A DNA stretch of 34,203 bases from Octopus bimaculoides (GCF_001194135.2 NC_069002.1:22402347-22436549), one strand, 5' to 3'. Positions 1-10,859 are shown, counted from the first letter of the stretch. Notes: generated by a model from the sequence alone, not told the origin. Made by a program: numbers and translations.

Positions 1-753
1 ATATATATATATATATATATATAATGTATATATATATATACATTCATACTTCCATACAAGTATGCCAACAGCCTGCTGCTGACGACAAGGAAAGTGTAAA
101 GTATCAAATGTCTTTACTGCATGTCAGTATTATTCGCCTGTGGGAAGAGCCAAGAATGGCTGAAGATTGATGGCTAAAAACAGATGACCTAGTTCTATAT
201 AAATGATGTCACATTGAGGAGGTTCCTTCTTTTTTTTGGTTTTCTTCTTTTTCTTAGGCAGTTGGTTTATTTTGGCTCTGAAGAAGGTAGCTTTGGGCTA
301 GTGGTCCACTGTTTTTTCAGTCAATGAACCAGTCTATTGATAAAATTAGGGTTAGGGTTTCCAAATAAGACAAATTTGTCATTTCTATTACTCCTTCTAT
401 AATTACTCTTCTCCTTCTTCCATCTCCTCCTCTCCTTCCCTTCTCCTCCTCTCCTTCTCTTCTCCTCCTGCTGTCTCTATGATTCTTTCTCTCCCATAGT
501 GTGTGTGTGTGTGTATTTAATGTTCCTGCACTCATAGCCTGCCACTAAGTCTAGTATGAGCAACCCTTATATCGACTCTCTCTCTCTCTCTCTATCTTTT
601 ACTCTCTCTCCCCTCCCCCACTAGCTCTATACAATGTAAAGCCTGACTGGAGAAACCAACCAACCAACCAGCCACCCACCCGAATAAACGAACAAACAAA
701 CGAATGAATGAACCAACCAACGAACCAACGAACAAACAGACATTTATATCAAC

Positions 754-939
754 ATAGGCATATGGTGTAGTGGTTAAGAGTGCAAGCTACTAACCCCAAG
801 ATTCCAAGTTCGATTCCAGGCAGTGACCTGAATAATAATAATAATAATAATAACAATAATATCGAAAAATACCTTAGGAATGAGAACCTAGGTTCGAAAT
901 TTCCCCAAGACACCTGATGAAGGCTGGAGGGTATAATGT
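754..939 (+). mobile_element. tRNA-derived SINE with internal (AAT)n, flanked by a 12-bp direct repeat
   Basis: Pol III box A-like TGGTGTAGTGG (763-773) and box B GTTCGATTCC (808-817). ATTTATATCAAC at 742-753 and 940-951 is a putative TSD. Confidence 0.8.
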
Positions 940-1086
940 ATTTATATCAACCATTATTATTATTATCATATGGAGATTCATCTGGATATACTGCAGCCAC
1001 AATAGAAGCTGACCGAGTCAAAAATAAAGATAAGAATTATCTCTTGATGTATGTTTGAGAAATAAATGATAAAATATGAGTTTTGG

Positions 1087-1222
1087 TCATTCTTTAATCA
1101 ATCTTTAATCATTCTTTGACTGTTCTTTGGTCATTCTTTGAGCAATCTTTGGCTATTCTTTGATCATTGTTTTGATCATTCTTTGACCGTTTTTGATCAT
1201 TCTATGACCATTTTTTTGACAT
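1087..1222. repeat. Degenerate ~11-bp minisatellite (TCATTCTTTGA-like) upstream of the FAHD2 acceptor
   Basis: About 12 imperfect copies of tcattctttga visible by eye. Confidence 0.75.
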
Positions 1223-1295
1223 TTGAGTAGTGTTTCTTTCTTTGTTTTCAAATTCTTTTGTATTCATTCTTTGTTGTTTCTCATTTCTGTTTCAG

Positions 1296-1458
1296 CTCCA
1301 AGAAGCAATGTCTCATGTGTTTGGTTACACTGTTGCCTTTGATGTGAGCGCCCGAGACTGGCAGCTGCAGAAGAATGGACAACAATGGCTTCTGGGGAAA
1401 TCCATGGATACATTTTGTCCTTTAGGACCATGCATTGTTATGAAAGAAGACATTGCTG
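1296..1458 (+). CDS. FAHD2: Internal coding exon of a fumarylacetoacetate hydrolase domain-containing protein 2 (FAHD2A/B-like) gene
   Basis: Translates [54 protein letters not shown], matching the FAHD2 motifs DVSARDWQ and [19 protein letters not shown] (FAHD1 has a different motif). Preceded by a ~65-nt AG-free pyrimidine tract ending tttcag (AG 1294-1295) and followed by a GTAAAT donor at 1459. Phase 0 start, phase 1 end. Confidence 0.95.
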
Positions 1459-1461
1459 GTA

Positions 1462-1511
<50 letters not shown>

Positions 1512-1514
1512 CAA
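1462..1514. repeat. (AAT)n microsatellite
   Basis: Direct reading. Similar (AAT)n tracts at 2344-2437, 3077-3137 and 3658-3700, and a compound (AAT)(AGC)(AGT) tract at 2750-2845. Confidence 0.95.
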
Positions 1515-1671
1515 TGATTTCTTTATTGACCGTAAAGGGTTTACATTAAAAAGAACATGACAGACAGTACAGGACAAAACAAAGAACCTGTGCACGTATT
1601 TATGAGTGTGTTCTGTTGTGAGGGTTTTGCGTGTAAACAGGTAATGGGAAAAAACATAGAAAATAATGATA

Positions 1672-1886
1672 ATTCTTTCTAACCCAGGCATAAGGCCTGA
1701 AATTTTGAAGAAGGAGTTTAGTCAGTTTCATTGAGCCCAGTGCTCAACTGGTACTTATTTCATTGACCCCAAAAGGACGGAAGCCAAAGTTGACTTCGGC
1801 AGACTTTAAACTCAGAACATGAAGACAGATGAAATGCTGCTAAGCATTTTGCCCAGCATGCTAATGATTCTGCCAGCTCACTGCTT
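1672..1886 (-). mobile_element. tRNA-derived SINE (GGCGAGCTGGCAGAATC-head family)
   Basis: Reverse complement gives the head gcagtgagctggcagaatcattagc, box B-like gagtttaaagtc and body tccttttggggtcaatgaaataagtaccag, homologous to the other copies in the window. Partial heads or tails of further copies at 1905-1960 and 1965-2013. Confidence 0.8.
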
Positions 1887-2343
1887 TTTTCATAAAGACA
1901 GACGAAATACCAGTAAGTATTTCGCCCAGTGTGGCAATGAATCTGCCAGCTCGCCACCTTTAATACTAATAATAATCCTTTTTACTAAAGGCACGAAACC
2001 TGAAATTTGGGGTNNNNNNNNNNNNNNNNNNNNNNNNNNNNNNNNNNNNNNNNNNNNNNNNNNNNNNNNNNNNNNNNNNNNNNNNNNNNNNNNNNNNNNN
2101 NNNNNNNNNNNNNNNNNNNNNNNNNNNNNNNNNNNNNNNNNNNNNNNNNNNNNNNNNNNNNNNNNNNNNNNNNNNNNNNNNNNNNNNNNNNNNNNNNNNN
2201 NNNNNNNNNNNNNNNNNNNNNNNNNNNNNNNNNNNNNNNNNNNNNNNNNNNNNNNNNNNNNNNNNNNNNNNNNNNNNNNNNNNNNNNNNNNNNNNNNNNN
2301 NNNNNNNNNNNNNNNNNNNNNNNNNNNNNNNNNNNNNNNNNNN

Positions 2344-2429
<86 letters not shown>

Positions 2430-2440
2430 TTAATAATAAA

Positions 2441-2750
2441 CAGAGAAACTCTCAAAATACAAAGACCTGGAAATGGAAGTAACAGAAAAACAGAAACAAT
2501 TCCTTTCATAGTAGGTGCATTAAGTATGTTAGAAAAAACATTCAGGTAAATACATAACCAAAACACCAGGACTTACAAATGTATGTAATATACAGAAAAT
2601 AGCACGACTAGGCACTGTGCACATCCTATGTAAAACACTTTCAATACAGTGAAAATAATAACACCACAACAAACCACAGCACATATCCGAGGCATACAGA
2701 GTTGTGTTCGGTTGTGCAGTGAGTGCATGAGATAAAAATAAGATAACTGA
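2441..2750 (+). mobile_element. 3'-terminal fragment of a restriction-like-endonuclease non-LTR retrotransposon (Dong/R4-like), embedded in (TAA)n
   Basis: Frameshifted translation EKLSKYKDLEMEVT / KTETIPFIVGALSML / KHSGKYITKTPGLTNVCNIQKIARLGTVHILCKTLSIQ* is the typical C-terminus of RLE-type LINEs (EKxxKYxDL...IPxIVGALG). Short 3' UTR then (AAT)n. Confidence 0.78.
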
Positions 2751-2773
2751 ATAATAATAATAATAATGATAAT

Positions 2774-2828
<55 letters not shown>

Positions 2829-2845
2829 ATAATGATAATAATAAT

Positions 2846-3062
2846 TTCCCTTCTATGTTAGGCACAAAGCCTGAGATTTCTGGGGGAGGGATGTGATCGG
2901 ATTATATAAACGCCTGTGCTCAATTGGTTCTTACTTTACTGATCCGAAGATGATGAAAGATGAAGTCGACCCTGGTGGAATTTGAAATCAGAACATAGAT
3001 GGGTGAAATGTCACTAAGCATTTTGTCCGGTGTATTAACAATTCTTCCATCTCACTGCCTTG
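2846..3062 (-). mobile_element. tRNA-derived SINE (GGCGAGCTGGCAGAATC-head family), diverged
   Basis: Homologous to 1672-1886 and 24720-24943 in reverse orientation; simple-repeat tail on its left. Confidence 0.75.
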
Positions 3063-3074
3063 ATGATGATGAGG

Positions 3075-3137
<63 letters not shown>

Positions 3138-3657
3138 GCAAAGAAAAGAAGAGTGCCATTGTCATCAAGTGAATGATATTTCGACATCTCATGTGTCNNN
3201 NNNNNNNNNNNNNNNNNNNNNNNNNNNNNNNNNNNNNNNNNNNNNNNNNNNNNNNNNNNNNNNNNNNNNNNNNNNNNNNNNNNNNNNNNNNNNNNNNNNN
3301 NNNNNNNNNNNNNNNNNNNNNNNNNNNNNNNNNNNNNNNNNNNNNNNNNNNNNNNNNNNNNNNNNNNNNNNNNNNNNNNNNNNNNNNNNNNNNNNNNNNN
3401 NNNNNNNNNNNNNNNNNNNNNNNNNNNNNNNNNNNNNNNNNNNNNNNNNNNNNNNNNNNNNNNNNNNNNNNNNNNNNNNNNNNNNNNNNNNNNNNNNNNN
3501 NNNNNNNNNNNNNNNNNNNNNNNNNNNNNNNNNNNNNNNNNNNNNNNNNNNNNNNNNNNNNNNNNNNNNNNNNNNNNNNNNNNNNNNNNNNNNNNNNNNN
3601 NNNNNNNNNNNNNNNNNNNNNNNNNNNNNNNNNNNNNNNNNNNNNNNNNNNNNNNNN

Positions 3658-3703
<46 letters not shown>

Positions 3704-3959
3704 GTGCAAAAAATCGTTTTAACTGGAATGACTCATGTACTGAGAAGAGCATTATCGCTGTGAAAACAACATCCATTCATGAATTTATTTATGTATTAAT
3801 TTTTTTTTTAAAAACATATTTTACCTGTGAATTTGCGTGTGTAAACTGGGAATGCATACAATGAGCTTCTCTGCCCTAGGTGTATGGAAAACATTCGGCG
3901 AGAAATGGAAGAAAATTTGAAGAAAGAAGGAAAAAAAAACAACATAATAATAATAATAA

Positions 3960-4256
3960 TGTGACAGGCTCTTCTGTCGAAGACAACATAAGAATGATCA
4001 GCTTTTGCCAAATGACCTGCACAAATGATTTGTTTATAATGATCAAATGCCTATGCTGCAAATTAGTGCACCTGACCCTCCATCAAATTGATTTTGTCTG
4101 AACAGGTGCACAGGTGTGCCATGTGTCAGGTGTTGAAGTGATCGCAGAGCAGCATATGATGAAGTGCTTTGCTCAAGAACACAACACACGATTCGGTCTA
4201 GGAATTGAAACCATGACCTAGCAATCATGAGTGCAACCACCTTAACTACTAAGCCA
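3960..4256 (-). mobile_element. tRNA-derived SINE with CORE/Meta-like central domain
   Basis: Reverse complement: ggcttagtagttaaggtggttgcactcatgattgctaggtcatggtttcaattcc (A/B boxes) then gtgttgtgttcttgagcaaagcactt. Homologous to 6205-6470. Confidence 0.7.
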
Positions 4257-4689
4257 CCTGGCCATCTGCTATATATATATATCTAGAAGAAAGTTTCAAA
4301 AGAAAACATTGAAAACTTCTCCAAGAAAAGTGGTTTCAATCAGAAGATAATAGCAACAACAATGAAACTCCTCACAGCTTTATTGATTATTGTTTATAGT
4401 GTTTAATGATTTTTCTCTATTGATTTAACAACCTATAAAAGTATAAGATGTAAGTTTGTTGTGAAAATTTCTCATTAAATTTGTTTGTCTAGCTGTTGTT
4501 GGCTGCTTTATGAGATCATCTTAATCAATGTTTTTACACAAACTTTGTGGAGGCACAGAAAATGTATTATAATCTAACTAACATGGTGGGAACTGTGAAA
4601 TCTATGCAATGAAAAAATTTAAGAGGGCCTAGGATGATTAGCTTTTTTATAACATTCTTAGTTTAGCTTTTTCTAAATACCCTAGTGCG

Positions 4690-4832
4690 TAACTGTACTT
4701 ATTTAATCAATATCGAAAGGACGAAAGGCAAAGTCAACTTCAACGGAATTTGAACTCAGAACATGAAGATGGATGAAATACCACTAAGCATTTTGCCCAG
4801 CATGCTAACAATTCTGCCAGCCCCACTGCCTT
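4690..4832 (-). mobile_element. tRNA-derived SINE fragment (GGCGAGCTGGCAGAATC-head family)
   Basis: Reverse complement head aggcagtggggctggcagaattgttagcatgctggg and box B gagttcaaattcc. Confidence 0.75.
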
Positions 4833-4844
4833 AGTTTTCTTTAA

Positions 4845-5063
4845 CCTTTTCGTTACCAACCCAGCTGAAACCAGCTCTGGCTCTGAGTACAAATGTTTTG
4901 TTTTCACAAGTTTTGAATTAAAATCTTCTACCAAACCTTAGTCACAATTAATGTTCCTAACACTAGCTGAATGATAACTAAGTTATTTTACTAAATTCTT
5001 TGTTATATTTAAGTAATTGAAAGAAACACAGAGCATCTCAACAGAAATACAGTAATGAAAGGG
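4845..5063. mobile_element. piggyBac-type MITE
   Basis: TTAA on both sides (4841-4844, 5064-5067). Imperfect TIRs CCTTTTCGTTACC / AGTAATGAAAGGG, consistent with CCC...GGG piggyBac termini. Confidence 0.78.
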
Positions 5064-5500
5064 TTAAATATACTTGACATTCATCTACATTAATTTCCTC
5101 TTGTCTCTGTTGTCTTGTTTTTTGTCACTTTTTATTATATCTTCTCCCTCTTCCTCTCTGATCTGTGCATCCTTTCTTGGGCAGCTTGCAATGTTTTTCT
5201 TGTGAATCCATAGTTTAGGTTAAATTAACCTTTATAAATGAATATCAATTTTCAAGTGAGTAGACAAATAATTGCACTTATGTGTGTGCGTGAGTTAAAT
5301 GATGAGTGCTATAAAAAAAATTAGTTCAGTTAAAGAGAATACTTTTCATTATCAAGACACCATGACCACCACCACCACTCCTATCATCATCACTATAGTT
5401 TTCAGTAACAAAGTTCAATTCATTTCAGCTGTTTGTTTATATCTACTTTTTCTTGCTGTCAGTATATTTCTCTTCTGACAATACAAATACTATCTCTCTT

Positions 5501-5550
<50 letters not shown>

Positions 5551-6204
5551 ACTTAATGTAACTGCCTCCCCCGACCATCACTTTCTATCTGCCTTTCTTT
5601 AACCTCACCCTCTGCTAAATATTGTATCCTAAACACATCTATTTCTCTTTACTTTTCCCTTCAGCTAACTATTCCTTCCCCACCCTACCACATATTGTTC
5701 TCCCTCTTTCTTTCTCCATCTTTTTCTCTTGCTCTTTACCTCTTCCTTCAGCTAATCATGTGACACATTTAGCTTTAGTGTATTGATATTATAAATATCT
5801 CTCTCTACTTTTTCCTTCTCTAGTCTTTCTATCACTCCTCCTTCTCTCTCTCTCTCACTCTTACTCCACCTCTCTAACTAAAATATACTGGGCAAACAAA
5901 CAAGCAGAATTATATATAGATTATAATTATGTTATAACTAATTATAATTATAACTAAAAAAAAAAAATATCTGGGAAGAAAAACTTGGATTTGAAATTTG
6001 AACAGAAATTGAAATTTATTAAAAATGAAAATGAAAAAAAAAATAGAAATGATAATCAGATTATTGATAAAATATTTCTTGTCTCTCTTAGAGGCACATT
6101 GAGCAAGTATCTCCTAGCATAATCTTGGGCTAGCCAATATCTTGGGAATAGAATTTGTTGCAGAAGCCTGTTATGTGTGTGTGTGTATGATCATCATCAT
6201 CATC

Positions 6205-6470
6205 ATCAACCACTGGCTATTACTGTCTCAATTCCCAAGACTCAAAGAGCTGGTCACACTGTTTCCATGTTGTATAAGTACTTGAGATCACAACATTACC
6301 CCTGGATAGGAAGCCAGTCCATTGCAGGGTGACTCATTTACAGTTGAGTGGACTGGAGCAATGTGAAAAAAAGTATTTTGCTCAAGAACACACTGTGTCA
6401 CTCAAGTCTAGGAACCAAACACCACAATCTAGTCATTGTGAGTGCAACATTCTGACCACCAGGCCACAAA
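6205..6470 (-). mobile_element. tRNA-derived SINE with CORE/Meta-like domain
   Basis: Reverse complement: ggcctggtggtcagaatgttgcactcac ... gtgttcttgagcaaaatac ... gctccagtccactcaactg ... ccctgcaatggactggcttcctatccaggg. Shares its 5' half with 3960-4256. Confidence 0.7.
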
Positions 6471-7496
6471 CCCTCACATTAATGCCCCATGGATAATAGT
6501 CCTCTTATATTGTGGTCGTGTAACTTAGTGGTCTGACAGATAAAAATTGATAATACAGCAACCAGCATTAAAAATAAGTTGTAAAGTTGATATGATTGAC
6601 TGAAATACTACAAAATGATGCTCCAGCATGGCCACAGGCCAATAACGGAAGCCCGTAAAGGATATCCTGATTGCTCTTCTTTCAGAAAAATATTAAACAA
6701 AAAATACGAAAAAGAAATAACTTTAGGCTTGTGAAAATGGACCAAATCTCCAGTAGAATATTATCTTCAATGAAAAGTTGGATAGAATGGTAAAGAATGG
6801 CCAGGCACCAGACTTTGTGTCTGATAGTAATTTATCTCTGCCTTCTATAGTTAGAGTTTCAATCTCTTTTGGGTTTGACTTTAATTTTCTCTCTTCCTGG
6901 GTTGGTGAACAAATCTCTTAGATATGTGTAAGGCTCATTAAAGTAGATAAAGCAAACTGGGCCATTTGTTTGTCATACAACATTTTACAACATCCTGAAT
7001 CTTAGCTGTTGCTATTAGCTTTTTGCAGCACTCCACATACTCTGCTGAATACCATTGCAGGCCATCTAAGTTGGTTTTAATGTCCTCTGCTGCTTCTGTC
7101 ACCTATTGTTTCTGTTCTACTGATGTTTCTGTCCTGCTGCTTGCTCCAAAAAGCTGTGCAAACAACCGATGGAAAACTGCACACGTTTGCTTTGTATGAA
7201 GTAGCGTCTGTCAAAGATCAGAAAAAAGCAGCAATAAAATACTGGAGGTAATTATATCAACAACACACTCCTTGGATTGATAGCCACACCATGAAGAAAG
7301 AGATTACTGTGAATGTTTTTAAGGAACCTTAAAGACAATGAACAGTCAAACTAAAATGTGATACAGCATTTAGCATTGTCCCTTTCTGGTCTGAGTTCAA
7401 ATCTCACAGAACTAAGGAAAATCAATTTGAATTTATTCCCCACCTCCTTTAAAAATATCTTAGTCTGTTGTCTAGTAACTCTTATCTTTATATCTT

Positions 7497-7545
<49 letters not shown>

Positions 7546-7669
7546 TCCCCCCCATTCCGTCTATTGCTATTTCAAGAAAACACATTCCATATTTATTTGG
7601 ATATAATGCAAAAAATTTAATAAGAAAGATCAATGTTAAATTTCATTATCATAATAATCATCCTAATAA

Positions 7670-7880
7670 TCATCATCATCGTTTAACACCCATATTCCAT
7701 GCATGCATGGGTAGGATGGTTGACAGGAGCTGACCAGGTAGAAAAACTACCCTAGGCTACTGTGTCTGTTTTGGAAGGGATTTAATGGCTGGATGCCCTT
7801 CCTAACAACAACCACTCAACAGAGCAGACTTGGTGCTTTTTACATGGCACCTGCACTGGCAGAGTTACCTAGTAACTCAC
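7670..7880 (-). mobile_element. RTE-LINE-type 3' end fragment
   Basis: (CAT)n tail then gtttaac...ccatgcatgcatgggtagg...gctggatgcccttcctaac...ggtgctttt, homologous to the 3' end of the RTE at 14471-14700. Confidence 0.75.
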
Positions 7881-7984
7881 AAGACAAGGAATTATGAGAG
7901 GGGCAGGGGAATTTGAGAAGGGTGTAGTGAATCATTGCAGACATGAAATGGATCCACCATAGCCAAATTTCAAGTAACAACTTT

Positions 7985-8265
7985 TCTCACGGTGGAACAA
8001 TAGTTTTTCTGTGACAGCAATTTTACATTTGCCAGATGCCTTAGCTAGGCCCGAAATAATGTCTTCACCACTCGACCCTTCTAACCTCTTATAGACCACC
8101 AAAAGCTAGAATTAAGATAACAAGTACCACCAACTAAATTCATTGTTCTCATCGATATGTCTATCCTTCTGGATAGTTATAAAAACAAGAACCCCCAAGC
8201 AAAAATCAGTTAGTTACTTGGTGACAACTCAGTTAGCCAGTTAGTGACAACTCGAGTCAATGGAC
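7985..8265. repeat. Unclassified dispersed repeat, copy 1 (copy 2 at 19388-19690)
   Basis: Colinear with 19388-19690 on the same strand (ggaacaat...tgtgacagc...ccagatgcc...tagctagg...gtcttcaccact...aaaagctagaat...gatatgtctatccttctggat). Confidence 0.8.
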
Positions 8266-8302
8266 AATTAGTCATAGCCACAAGCAGGCAGCGTGGACTG
8301 AA

Positions 8303-8603
8303 CTTGGACAAGTGTCTTCTACTATAGCCTCAAGCCGACCAAAGCCTTGTGAGTGGATTTGGTAGATGGAAACTGAAAGAAGCCCATCGTATATATGTAT
8401 GTGTGTGTCTGTGTTTGTCCACCCAACATCGCTTGACAACCGATGCTGGTGTGTTACGTCCCTGTAACTTAGTGGTTTAGCAAAAGGGACCAATAGAATA
8501 AGTACTAGGCTTACAAAGAATAAGCTCTGGGGTCGATTTGCTTGACTAAAGGTAGTGCTCCAGCATGGCCACAGCCAAAATGACTGAAACAAGTAAAAGA
8601 GTA
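8303..8603 (+). mobile_element. Octopus-type SINE (5'-degraded) ending GCTCCAGCATGGCC...GAAACAAGTAAAAGA
   Basis: Homologous to the reverse-strand copy at 20961-21254; internal (TG)n/(TA)n. Confidence 0.8.
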
Positions 8604-8649
8604 TGCTCTAGGATTTTATCACCAGCCCAATGAGGCAAGGTATATTCAA

Positions 8650-8858
8650 TGTAACGGTAAATAAATATTTTCTTTACAACTTCAATCACTGTTCTTTCAT
8701 CTTTATATAATGGCTATCAATGAAAAACCAATCTTTACAAACAGATTACATCCATCCTGCTGTGTATCAACCATCGTTTATCATATTATTGTTTACAAAA
8801 CAATTTCAACTGATACAAAAATAAATTTCAACCATTACAAACTGGTGACCCAACCGTT
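8650..8858 (+). mobile_element. LTR-like segment followed by a tRNA-Trp-like primer binding site (Ty3/Gypsy-type relic), copy 1
   Basis: TGTAACGGT...ACCATTACA (8650-8839) with inverted ends and AATAAA at ~8820, followed by aac-TGGTGACCC, which resembles the complement of the eukaryotic tRNA-Trp 3' end (TGGTGACCCCGACGTG). Confidence 0.55.
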
Positions 8859-9951
8859 ACAAGGGGAACTTGTGTCAGAGGATGAAAGGTTAGAGTGTGA
8901 CAGAGAGACAGAAGTAGGTGTCTTGCCACAACAAAGGGGGCATTAGAGGGGGTGATCCAGTATCAGACGATGAAAGGTTAGAGTGTAACAGAGAAATAGA
9001 GAGGCAGAAGTAGGTGTCTTGTTATAGAATAGGTACATAGGAAGTATTATTTTAGATTTCATGTTTTAGTTAGGAAGGAAGGTACTACAATGCCCCATGG
9101 TGGGTGGTTGGGAGCGAGGGAGGTATCTACAGGATAGAATAAGTACTAGGCTTAAATGCTTGCAACTGAGTGGCAAATAAAGCTTAGAATGACCCCCAGG
9201 GGCTATGTGGTGGAGTTTAATCAGATTTAGTCTATCTTAAAACAGGGTTATATCAGGATTTGATCTCAGAATACTAAGAGCTGGAAGAAATGCCACAAAA
9301 TATCAGGACCAACATTAGAAAAAAAATTATTTTCAGTTCTGTCAAAGCACCACCCTGGATTTGAACTATGTTACTCATATATAAAAAACGAAAACAAGAC
9401 AAATAAGACAAAAAACGAAAAACAAAAACAAAAACAAATAAAGTATACGACTGTTTTGTTGCTATAAAATTGATGGTTCCTTTATATTTGAGACGACGGT
9501 GCAAAACAGTACTTGGGTAAACTGGGTTGTTGTTTTGATTGTGTTTCTAAGCCACCATTCACTGCGGTCCTGTATTTCCAGTTTTCATTCACTTCTGTAT
9601 TACATTCTTTGAATAAAGTCTTTCGTTGCTATATTTTCAACGTTCAGTTGCCACGTTTTTACTGTTTATCACAATATTGTTTCGTATTTTTTAAATTCCT
9701 AAACTATTTTGATACGGCAATAACTTGTTTCGTAGGAATGCTTTTGGTAGAAACGTCAGTTAGAGCATTTGTTTAATCTTGGGTGGCCCTCATTAGGATT
9801 GTCAATTAATGTCCAGTCTTAGGTTACCTTTACCTCGTGGGCGCCTTTTGCTAAAACCAGAAAAAAACGTTGCTAAGCATTTTGTGTACTTACTCACACG
9901 CACAGTATGTAACTACACTCGGTTATGCAGTGAATTGAATAAAAAGAAAAC

Positions 9952-10189
9952 AGTAATTTTTCAGATTAACACCCGCACGATCTTCACTAGGGTGTTAGGG
10001 TTAGGGTTTTAGGGTCAGGGTTAGGATTTTAGGGTTAGTTTTAGGGTAAGGGTTAGGGTTAAGGTTTGGGTTAGGGAATTCCATCCCTAACCGTAACCGT
10101 AACCGTAACCCTAAAACCCTAAAACGAATCCTAAAACCCTAACCCTGACCCTAGTGAAGATCGTGCGGGTGTTAATCTGAAAAATTACC
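9952..10189. mobile_element. Merlin-like MITE with head-to-head (TTAGGG)n/(CCCTAA)n core
   Basis: 42-bp TIRs (9952-9993, 10148-10189; 41/42 identical; consensus start GGTAA) and perfect 8-bp TSD AAGAAAAC (9944-9951, 10190-10197). Confidence 0.88.
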
Positions 10190-10859
10190 AAGAAAACTTG
10201 TGAAGCAATAATTTCAATAATAGATTAAGCAGTTCTTATTGAATTAGTGGCGAAAGTAAAGAATGCGTACACAAGGTGTTTAGGGTTAAGGTTTTTATCA
10301 CGCCGAAAACAGGTGGTGTACGTATTCTTTACCTCCACCCAATTAGTATGTAAATCTTTAATGTAATCATCAGACAAAACCAGCGTCAAATCTATCAGAT
10401 GGAATTCCAAACTTACCGTCTTCTTGATTTCGCTTAAAAATTGTGGGTTAATTCAGAAAAATAATAATAGACATTTACCCATTATGGTAGGTAGTGGGAC
10501 GGAATTCGGCCTCTTTCAGTTGCTAAGCAGAATTTTAACCGTTTGGACATGCTGTATGAAGAATATTTATTATATAATTAGACTTTCAGGGGAGACAACT
10601 CTGTTTCTTTTCGTAATCAACAAGAATGAAATAGTTTGATGAGAGTTCTTTCCCTTAAAACTTACGTTTATTTTAAAATTCCTTTAGGTAATTCTGTTTT
10701 CGGCATATTTTCTCCAATATTAACGCTTGCAACTCTCCTTCCACTGACCATTGATTACTAAAACCCTTTGAAATATTGAACTATCGACAACCTAGAGATT
10801 CTAGAATCCAATATCCATTAATAAGCCTATATGAATGGTATTCCATTATTCAATATATT

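Noticed and set aside
345-358. TTAGGGTTAGGG here, and TTAAGGTTAGGGTTA near 34050-34065
   Set aside because: Only about two units, with no TIR, TSD or inverted partner found.
760-830. tRNA gene
   Set aside because: A and B boxes are present, but there is no complete cloverleaf or acceptor stem and it continues into SINE body sequence.
1985-3864. Long ORFs in the ORF track (175-231 aa), and all similar X-rich ORFs at 12.8-13.6, 21.3-22.2, 23.8-24.6 and 30.6-31.3 kb
   Set aside because: They are open only because of N gaps and homopolymeric microsatellite codons.
9988-10152. Ancestral telomere-telomere fusion site
   Set aside because: It is enclosed by TIRs and an 8-bp TSD, so it is a transposon insertion.
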